A DNA stretch of 32,000 nucleotides from the NCBI GenBank assembly GCA_016933055.1, contig JAFGBS010000002.1, positions 30,001 to 62,000 of the forward strand, in the 5' to 3' direction. Positions 18,319 through 25,703 of the stretch are shown one piece after another. Positions within the stretch are counted from its first letter, which is position 1. Each line of letters opens with the position of its first letter. The notes under the pieces were generated by a model. The model had not been told where the DNA came from. It was given only the letters and a program-made list of their open reading frames with translations, and ran no database searches. A program made the position numbers and the translations under genes. This DNA comes from Promethearchaeota archaeon. GTDB taxonomy: Archaea > Asgardarchaeota > Lokiarchaeia > Sigyniarchaeales > Promethearchaeaceae.

Positions 18319-18822
18319 ATGACAAATACAGAAACAAAAAGGTTACTTAAAGAACGAGAAAATATCCAGAAAAAGAAGCCTTCCTTTAAGAGAATTGAAT
18401 CCTGGCGGTATAAGCGGGTTCATGGGGGATGGCGTGCAGCAAAAGGAATTGATTCCAAAACTCGTCAAAAACTGAAAAGTGGAGTGAAAAGTCCCAATGT
18501 TGGATATCGTTCTCCCAAAAAAGTAAGGGGATTGCATCCATCAGGATTGATCGAAGTACATCTTACTCACATTGAGGAACTCGAGAATCTTGATCCAAAA
18601 GTCCATGGGATAAAAATTTCCTCCAGAATTGGAATAAAAAAACGATTAAAGCTAGTAGAAGATATTCAAGCAAAAGGATTTAAAGTATTGAATTTAGGGA
18701 TTCCCTACGTTGAGCTCCTCCAAATTAAAGAGGAACCTGAAGAAAAGAAGAAAAAGAAGAAAGCGAAAAAGAAGTCTTCCAGAAAAAAGAAATCAAGTAA
18801 AAAAAGTACGAGTAAAAAGTAA
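18319..18822 (+). CDS. rpl32e: 50S ribosomal protein eL32 with Lys-rich tail
   Basis: WRAAKGIDSK, PNVGYRSPK and RGLHPSG motifs. Confidence 0.97.
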   Translation: MTNTETKRLLKERENIQKKKPSFKRIESWRYKRVHGGWRAAKGIDSKTRQKLKSGVKSPNVGYRSPKKVRGLHPSGLIEVHLTHIEELENLDPKVHGIKISSRIGIKKRLKLVEDIQAKGFKVLNLGIPYVELLQIKEEPEEKKKKKKAKKKSSRKKKSSKKSTSKK

Positions 18823-18832
18823 GTGAAATAAA

Positions 18833-19282
18833 ATGAACGTAACAGCTCAAAAGCGTATGGCTGCTGAAATCCTAAAATGTGGAAAGAATCGGATCTTCAT
18901 CGATCCCGAATATGTAGATGATGTAATAATGGCGATCACACGGGAAGACATCCGGAATTTGATCCAACAAGGGATTATTCAAAAGCGTCAGAAAATCGGA
19001 ATAAGTAAATACCGTAATAATCTGAGAAAAGAACGCAAGAAAAGGGGAAGAGCTCGCGGATATGGAAAAAGGAAGGGAGTGACCACTGCACGGAATCCAA
19101 GTAAACGTGCATGGATCAATACCATTCGACCCTTACGGAGAGAATTAAAAGAATTAAGAGATACCGGCAAAATTGAAAAAAGTGTATACCGAAAAATGTA
19201 TCTTCGAGCTAAAGGAGGATCTTTTAAATCTGTAGCAACCCTTCGCCGGTATTTACAGGAGCAGAAGCTCATTAAAAAATAG
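18833..19282 (+). CDS. rpl19e: 50S ribosomal protein eL19
   Basis: QKRMAAEILKCGKNRI, GYGKRKG and YLRAKGGSF motifs. Confidence 0.98.
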   Translation: MNVTAQKRMAAEILKCGKNRIFIDPEYVDDVIMAITREDIRNLIQQGIIQKRQKIGISKYRNNLRKERKKRGRARGYGKRKGVTTARNPSKRAWINTIRPLRRELKELRDTGKIEKSVYRKMYLRAKGGSFKSVATLRRYLQEQKLIKK

Positions 19283-19293
19283 AAGTGAGAATT

Positions 19294-19881
19294 ATGGCAG
19301 GTCCACGATATCGAGTATCAATGCGCAGACGGAGAGAAGGTAAAACCAATTATCAATCACGGTTAAAATTAGTGTTATCAGGAAAACCGCGATTAGTAGT
19401 ACGTGCAAGTATCCATTCCATAATAGTGCAAGTGGTCGAAGCACGCTTGAAAGGAGATAAAGTGCTTGTAAGTGCGCATTCCAGCCAACTAGTAAAATAT
19501 GGATGGAAGTATAATTCAGGTAATATCCCTTCAGCTTATCTGGTGGGATATTTATGTGGTTTACGCGCAAAAGATAAAAAAATAAAAGAATGTGTTCTGG
19601 ATTTGGGAATACTAGTTCATAAACACCGAGTATATGCAGCATTCAAAGGTTTTTTGGATGGAGGAATAGAAGTCCCTCATGGGGATTCTGTATTCAAGAA
19701 ACTAAACTTGGAATCCCGAATCAATGGTACACACATAAAAGATTATGCAATATTAATTCAAAAGAAGGATAAAAAGAAATACGAGCGAGAATTCTCAGCT
19801 TACTTAAAAAATGGATTAGATCCAAGTAAAATTACTGAGGATTTCGATAAAATTAAAAATTCAATAACGAAGAAACTATAA
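19294..19881 (+). CDS. rpl18: 50S ribosomal protein uL18
   Basis: RRRREGKTNY, RLVVR and SAYLVG motifs. ATG 19294 is preferred over GTG 19285. Confidence 0.97.
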   Translation: MAGPRYRVSMRRRREGKTNYQSRLKLVLSGKPRLVVRASIHSIIVQVVEARLKGDKVLVSAHSSQLVKYGWKYNSGNIPSAYLVGYLCGLRAKDKKIKECVLDLGILVHKHRVYAAFKGFLDGGIEVPHGDSVFKKLNLESRINGTHIKDYAILIQKKDKKKYEREFSAYLKNGLDPSKITEDFDKIKNSITKKL

Positions 19882-19894
19882 AAAAGGTAAGTAT

Positions 19895-20578
19895 ATGTCT
19901 TCCAATACAGAAAATCGATCCGAACCACGAAGGGGGAGGGATCGGAGAGTACGACGCAGACCACAACCCCCCGAATGGATTCCTCGTACATCATTAGGTG
20001 AAGCAGTGAAGAATGGGTTGATCACGACCATAGAAGAAATCTTTCAGAATAATTATAAGGTTCGAGAAAAAGAGATCTTTGATATGTTGCTTCCTAATAT
20101 GAAAGAGGAAGTTGTAGATATTAACATGGTCCAAAAGCAGACGGATGCTGGTCAACAATCTAAGTTTAAGGCAACTGTTTGCGTAGGAAATGATGAAGGG
20201 TATGTTGGGATCGGATCGATTAAACATAAAGAAGTCGGTCCAGCAATTCGGAAAAGCATCAATCGGGCAAAACTAAATATTATCCCAGTAAAACGAGGAT
20301 GTGGTAGCTGGGAATGTAACTGTGGAGATAATCACAGTGTGGCATACAATTCTGAGGGAAAGATGGGAAGCGTAAAAGTTAGATTGACGCCAGCCCCCAA
20401 GGGAACGGGGTTAGTATGTTCCGATGCAGCAAAAATACCATTACGACTTGCTGGTATCAAAGATTGTTTCGTTTATATAAAAGGCAATTCAAAGAACGCA
20501 GAAAATACCGCAAAAGCTGTGATTAATGCTTTAAAAAATGCATATAACACAATGGCTCCATCAGAATGGGGTCGGTAA
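19895..20578 (+). CDS. rps5: 30S ribosomal protein uS5
   Basis: WIPRTSLG, VQKQTDAG, GCGSWEC and PAPKGTG motifs. Confidence 0.98.
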   Translation: MSSNTENRSEPRRGRDRRVRRRPQPPEWIPRTSLGEAVKNGLITTIEEIFQNNYKVREKEIFDMLLPNMKEEVVDINMVQKQTDAGQQSKFKATVCVGNDEGYVGIGSIKHKEVGPAIRKSINRAKLNIIPVKRGCGSWECNCGDNHSVAYNSEGKMGSVKVRLTPAPKGTGLVCSDAAKIPLRLAGIKDCFVYIKGNSKNAENTAKAVINALKNAYNTMAPSEWGR

Positions 20579-20603
20579 TAAAAATAACCACAGGGTGTAA
20601 AAA

Positions 20604-21107
20604 ATGGCAAAGGAGAAAGGTAGTACTAAAACAGAAAATAAACTCATGCTTGTGATTCGGGTTCGAGGAGCTCCTCACATGAACTATAAGATTCATGATA
20701 CACTGAAAATGTTGCGATTAAACAAAGTTAATCATGCATCGTTAGTATTTGCTGATAAAAGTATGATGGGGATGTTGCGAAGAGCGAAAGATTACATTGC
20801 ATATGGTGAGGTAGATAAAGAAACTGTACTTAAACTCCTCAACAACCGTGCTTTAGTTAAAGGTAATCTCCCACTCACAGACAAACATATCAAAAAGCAT
20901 TCGAAATTTACCAGTGTTAAGGCATTTGCAGATGCTTTAATTAGTGGTGAGGTAAAATTAAATGATATTAATGAATTGAAACCTGTATTTAGATTACACC
21001 CTCCCATTGGAGGACATCGTGGAACTGTGAAAAAACATTATCACGCGGGAGGAACACTTGGGCATGTTGGAGAATTTATCAATGTGCTTGCAAGTAAAAT
21101 GATATAG
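20604..21107 (+). CDS. rpl30: 50S ribosomal protein uL30 (long archaeal type)
   Basis: TLKMLRL, DYIAYGE and FRLHPPIGG motifs. Confidence 0.97.
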   Translation: MAKEKGSTKTENKLMLVIRVRGAPHMNYKIHDTLKMLRLNKVNHASLVFADKSMMGMLRRAKDYIAYGEVDKETVLKLLNNRALVKGNLPLTDKHIKKHSKFTSVKAFADALISGEVKLNDINELKPVFRLHPPIGGHRGTVKKHYHAGGTLGHVGEFINVLASKMI

Positions 21108-21120
21108 GAGAGTTAACATC

Positions 21121-21624
21121 ATGACAATGAAATTTAAAAAACATGTGAACAAATACCGAGGAAAACGAACTCATGGATTCGGAAGACAACAAGGTCGAAG
21201 AAAAACCGGACGAAAGCACGGACATGGGTTAACCACAGGATGGCAAAAGGGACAAAAATCCTATATGGTTAAACAAAAATCGTTAGGATTTCCCACTCAA
21301 AAATATGGTAAGAAAATCAAGCGTAGTCCATGGAAATTCGGAAAACATGGATTCTCACGACCACAAACCCAAGTGAGAATCTACAGGAAGAACTTCATTA
21401 ATATCGGTTCCCTAAATGCAAAATTGGATGGATGGGTAAAGGAGGATCTGGCACAGAAGTCTGGTGACACCTATTCCGTAGATTTAGATAACTTAAATAT
21501 TCAAAAAATACTCGCAAAGGGTTCGATAACAAAAAAAGTTCAAGTACGAGTTAGGTCAATCAGTGAATATGCGAAAGAAGAAATTGAAAAAGCAGGAGGA
21601 AAAGTTTTCCTCATTGAATCATGA
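21121..21624 (+). CDS. rpl15: 50S ribosomal protein uL15
   Basis: RGKRTHGFG, FGKHGF and AKEEIEKAGGKV motifs. Confidence 0.96.
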   Translation: MTMKFKKHVNKYRGKRTHGFGRQQGRRKTGRKHGHGLTTGWQKGQKSYMVKQKSLGFPTQKYGKKIKRSPWKFGKHGFSRPQTQVRIYRKNFINIGSLNAKLDGWVKEDLAQKSGDTYSVDLDNLNIQKILAKGSITKKVQVRVRSISEYAKEEIEKAGGKVFLIES

Positions 21625-21625
21625 T

Positions 21626-21651
21626 ATTTTTATTTTTTATTTTTATTCTTT
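21626..21651 (+). terminator. T-rich tract, candidate archaeal intrinsic terminator of the r-protein operon
   Basis: An almost uninterrupted T-rich run begins 2 nt after the uL15 stop and overlaps the 3' end of the convergent gene. Confidence 0.55.
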
Positions 21652-22820
21652 AACGCTAATTCTGTAAAACCCGCTGCTTGCATTAAACTTCCTTCAATTT
21701 CTACTTCTTTAGCTACTCTCGAGGTATCAAGCAAAACTTTTTGGTGTTTGAAATATACGGAAGAATACAAAGCTCCATATGCTTTTCCTCCACCTAAATA
21801 CACTAAAGTTCGATAAATAAAGTTACCTGAGACCCCATCCGGTGCCAAAAGAAAATTACCCTTTTTCACGGCGTTCTCAATTAAAATTTGATCATTTGAG
21901 ATTTGGTATTTAGTAGGCGAGTCATTTTCGAAATATGTTACTAAAAGCTCGGCAGTTTCTAATGTTTCATCCACATATTTGTTTCTACCTATATCTCCTA
22001 ATCTTCCACCACTCATCACGGATAAATGGGGTTCAATTCCTAATTCTGTTAATATGAGTGCAGCATTATTCAAAATGTATTTCTTTTTTTCAAAATTTGT
22101 TGCTTCATCGATTCCTACGGGAGCAAATAGAAATTGCAAATTATCAGAAGTTTCCATTAACGCGATCCGTGAAATTCGTAAGACATCATATATATCAGTC
22201 CGTAAGGATGTTAACATCAGCTTTAAAAACCCCAGAAAACGGGCTGCTGATATTGCACCCCGTATTCCTGAAAATTGATGAATCCATTTTTCTAATTTGG
22301 GATTCTTCACGATATCTGCTATAGGTTTAGAAGTAACTAATTCGACGATTAAATCAAAAAACACTATGCTGAGAATTATCCGCTCGGGATGATAGCATAC
22401 TATTTTATATACTCCACCAGTTTTACGAATTTCTTCCGTTTTTTCATACACTATACGGATAATCTGGTAAATATGCTCGAGATATTCGTTAACCTTTACT
22501 ATAGTTTCTCCTTTAAGTGCATCCGCTGGTTTCAGAGAATCATCGGTTTCAAATTCCAGTTCTCCTTGTGTAAGCGAAATATTTCCTATTTCCCTTTCTA
22601 TTTTAAGATCATACCCCTTAATCTCAGAGTCTTTCTTATTATTTGGATAGGAATCATATCCACCAACCAGAACAATAAGATTCTTATATTTTTTCGCAAA
22701 TGTCTCGCAAACAGTTTGTATCTTCTGGTTTTGATCCTTCTCTTCTCCTAAACCTATTAATATATTAAATTGATGTCCTTTGATATTTTGTTCTATTATA
22801 TCTAATATGTTTTTTTTCAA
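21630..22820 (-). CDS. MtxX / methanogenesis marker protein 4-like protein (phosphotransacetylase-like fold), enlarged
   Basis: APVGIDE, MSGGRLGDIGR, ILIENA, APDGVSGNFIYRTL, GGGKAYGA and DTSR motifs; TTG start with GGAGG upstream. Confidence 0.8.
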   Translation of the reverse strand: MKKNILDIIEQNIKGHQFNILIGLGEEKDQNQKIQTVCETFAKKYKNLIVLVGGYDSYPNNKKDSEIKGYDLKIEREIGNISLTQGELEFETDDSLKPADALKGETIVKVNEYLEHIYQIIRIVYEKTEEIRKTGGVYKIVCYHPERIILSIVFFDLIVELVTSKPIADIVKNPKLEKWIHQFSGIRGAISAARFLGFLKLMLTSLRTDIYDVLRISRIALMETSDNLQFLFAPVGIDEATNFEKKKYILNNAALILTELGIEPHLSVMSGGRLGDIGRNKYVDETLETAELLVTYFENDSPTKYQISNDQILIENAVKKGNFLLAPDGVSGNFIYRTLVYLGGGKAYGALYSSVYFKHQKVLLDTSRVAKEVEIEGSLMQAAGFTELALKNKNKK

Positions 22821-22840
22821 TCTAGTTCCTCCAGATCGCT

Positions 22841-23938
22841 CTAAGTTATTATAAATATTAAGATTAGAAATTGAATAATGTTATATAACGCATGGGCAGT
22901 GATTGCACTAATAAGATTCTTTCTCCAAATAAAGAGAAATCCTAGTATCAGCGATAAACTGAAATAAGGAAAGAAAGTAAAAAAGAGTAATGGTGGGGAG
23001 ATCACAAAGGGGTAAATGTGAAAGGCAGAAAAATAAATTGCAGTTATTACTAGTGCCATTAGTTTTCCCACTTGAGGATTTTTAAAGGAATTTTGAAAAC
23101 CTTTTTGAGTAAATCCTCGAAATAATACTTCTTCAGAGGGAGCTATCGAAAAAATCATAAGTAAGGAGTATATTATAATAAGCGGAATAGTGCTTGGGAA
23201 AGCCACTGAGATATTTTCAACATCTGTGTTTAGTATTTCTTGAGCCGGGATACCAAAAATAAATTGGGTAAGGTATGCAGAGAGCCATTGAACTCCATAA
23301 ACTAAACCCGTCATTATTAAAGAAAATCCAGCTCCAATTCCAATTTCCTTGAACCACTCGGAAGTAGTTAACCCAAATGGTATGCCTATTGATCTCCAGC
23401 GTTCTTTTTTAGATGCATTTTGAGGGAAAAATGGTGCTGTAAATAAAAAGGGAATTAGCAGAAAAACTAGTTGTGTACTGAATTCTATTATAGTAATGGC
23501 TAAAATATGTTCATCTAAAAATGCATTAACATCAAGATTGGTAATGTCCTCAATAACCAAAACCATATACACAAGTAAAATCACCACTGATAGTATCAAT
23601 TTAGCCAATACTGCCAATATGGGAACACCCAGAGCCGCACCCCACTTCCAAGGTTTTCGAGCTCGATAAGAGGGATGATATTTCGGTATCGATTGGGGAT
23701 CATATTCTTGCTTGTGAGGAGGAGGAGGTCTGTTTGGTGTAACGCTATACAAGCTATCGATCTCTTCAGAGGTTAAAGGAATATTCATCCATTCTTCTAT
23801 TTTCTCTTTAGGTATAAATTTTATCAAGTATGTCCCACAAGACATGCAATATCTCATATCTGAGCTCCACTCTAACGGTTTACCACAACCTGGGCAATAT
23901 CTTAAAATCGCATGTTTTGAATTGGATGAATCGTTCAT
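22841..23938 (-). CDS. CPBP (Abi/Rce1-like CAAX protease) intramembrane protease with N-terminal zinc ribbon
   Basis: EExxxR (SEEVLFRG), FxxxH (FSAFH) and HxxxN (HALYN); N-terminal CPGC...CMSC. Confidence 0.9.
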   Translation of the reverse strand: MNDSSNSKHAILRYCPGCGKPLEWSSDMRYCMSCGTYLIKFIPKEKIEEWMNIPLTSEEIDSLYSVTPNRPPPPHKQEYDPQSIPKYHPSYRARKPWKWGAALGVPILAVLAKLILSVVILLVYMVLVIEDITNLDVNAFLDEHILAITIIEFSTQLVFLLIPFLFTAPFFPQNASKKERWRSIGIPFGLTTSEWFKEIGIGAGFSLIMTGLVYGVQWLSAYLTQFIFGIPAQEILNTDVENISVAFPSTIPLIIIYSLLMIFSIAPSEEVLFRGFTQKGFQNSFKNPQVGKLMALVITAIYFSAFHIYPFVISPPLLFFTFFPYFSLSLILGFLFIWRKNLISAITAHALYNIIQFLILIFIIT

Positions 23939-23992
23939 TGGTGGATACCCTTGTAATTGGGATATAGAAGCAATATTACTTGATAAGGTTGA

Positions 23993-24436
23993 TTATGTCG
24001 TTTTATCAGAGAAAATAATGGGAATTTCTTTGACTTGAGTTTTCTTTTGAAGAATATACGCTTTCATCTGAACGGTTTGGTTCCCAAATATCACCCAGAC
24101 AAGATAGGGATATAATTTTCCTATGTGTTGAATCGTGACTCTATCATATGTTGAAACATATGCATCATCTGGGTGAGAATGGAAAATTCCAATGAGAAGT
24201 AATTTTTTTTTGTCGTAGGCAATACACTGATGGAACAATTCCATTTCGTCGATCTGAAATTCAACTGATGAATGAATGACATTATGGAGTTCAACTACTG
24301 CTTCTGCGTAATAAGTATCATCGTCTGAACTATCTTTTCTTCCGAACAGAGCAGCACAAGATTCTTGGGGATAGTGAGACCTTGAAATGTGCATAAGTTT
24401 CATTTGCAAATCACGGGAAATATTTAATTGTCCCAT
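23993..24436 (-). CDS. JAMM/MPN+ metalloprotease (desampylase/Mov34-like)
   Basis: N-terminal catalytic Glu (PQESC) and HSHP-DDAYV-S-TY-D zinc motif. Confidence 0.9.
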   Translation of the reverse strand: MGQLNISRDLQMKLMHISRSHYPQESCAALFGRKDSSDDDTYYAEAVVELHNVIHSSVEFQIDEMELFHQCIAYDKKKLLLIGIFHSHPDDAYVSTYDRVTIQHIGKLYPYLVWVIFGNQTVQMKAYILQKKTQVKEIPIIFSDKTT

Positions 24437-24539
24437 TAAGTAATCAACACGCTAGATTTTTGAATAGGAATTATGGTAATTTAATTAGGAATTTTGCGAA
24501 TTTATATTGCAATATCAAATAGGGTAGGGAGAGAGTAAT

Positions 24540-25700
24540 GTGACACCACGGATGGATTCTCTGATCAAATCCACAATACTGAAATTTACGGCTACAACTC
24601 CACAAGTAAGTCTAGAGAAAATTGCCGCACTGCTTGATATGAAGCTGGAAATACTCATCTTTACTTTAGAACGCATGATTTATACAGGATATATCCAAGG
24701 AACCATTGACAACGCTAATCAGATGTTCATATCGACCACCGTTCAATCTTCTCACCAAACTGAACCACCTCGTTCATTACCGGGGCCTACAAATCAATAT
24801 AACAATGGTCAAACAGAATTCATTAAAGTTAAAACTAGTGAAGTGTCACAAGAAGATTTTATTAAAATGGAAATCCAGCTCGGATATTTAGGAAGTCATG
24901 TGCGTTTCACCGTGAAGATAACTAATAAAAGTGATTTTCCCATCACCGAAATTGAACTAACATTGGAATTTTCAAAACCTCTTGAAGTGTTTCGTGTATC
25001 TCCAAAACTCGAATATGTCAAACATGGGAAGGGAATAGTTGCACTATTTCCCTTAATACAAGAAAAACGCAGTTTTGAAAGCACATTTTACTTAAATCCA
25101 GATACTCTCGGAAAGGGAAAGATTGGGGGACAACTCAAATTTGTAAATTATAAGGACTATGTAAGATTATTTAAAATTGAGGATCTGGAATATAATTTAA
25201 CAATTCCCGAAATACAGCCCATGCAAATACCTACTGAACTGATTGAACAATTTAATGAGTCTGATCAAATGAAAAGGGACATTCGTTCCTACGGATTACC
25301 AGAAAAACTACTTCCGACAACCGCATTTAATCACATCACTCAAATTATACGATCCAAAAATTTCCAACTACTCACCAAAGTAGATGAAGAAGACCGAAAA
25401 ATCGCCTGGTTTTTTGGGGTAACGGAAGAAATGCATTAAGAAATTTTGGTCGTAGGTCAAATTGTTAATAATAAAATCGAGTTTTTTGCATCAAGCACCA
25501 ACGAACAGATCCTATCCGCATTATTGACGGCATTTTCACTGGACTTAAAAAGAAGGATCTTGATATCGAATGTAGTTCGAAGTGAAAAGGAAATATTTGA
25601 GTTGTTTTGCGCAGAATGCGGGGCTGTTTTGCCCTACTTTCCCAAACCAGGGGAATCAATCCAGTGTAAATATTGTAACACGCCGAATCTAGTTCGATAA
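24540..25700 (+). pseudogene. PCI/wHTH + Ig-like appendage + platform + Zn-ribbon protein, interrupted by one in-frame TAA at 25437-25439
   Basis: ORFs 24540-25439 and 25446-25700 are in the same frame and read ...GVTEEMH*EILVVGQI.... Domain calls are by pattern recognition only. The stop may be a real mutation or a base-calling error. Confidence 0.6.
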
Positions 25701-25703
25701 TCA

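Noticed and set aside
21630-22820. MtxX-like gene as evidence that the host is a methanogen
   Set aside because: No mcr or mtr genes in the window; a single marker is insufficient.
24538-24543. ATG-TGA start-stop element overlapping the GTG start
   Set aside because: Six-nucleotide pattern easily arising by chance; no further support.
25437-25439. Selenocysteine or pyrrolysine recoding of the internal stop
   Set aside because: The codon is TAA, not TGA or TAG, and the position is not a plausible catalytic site.
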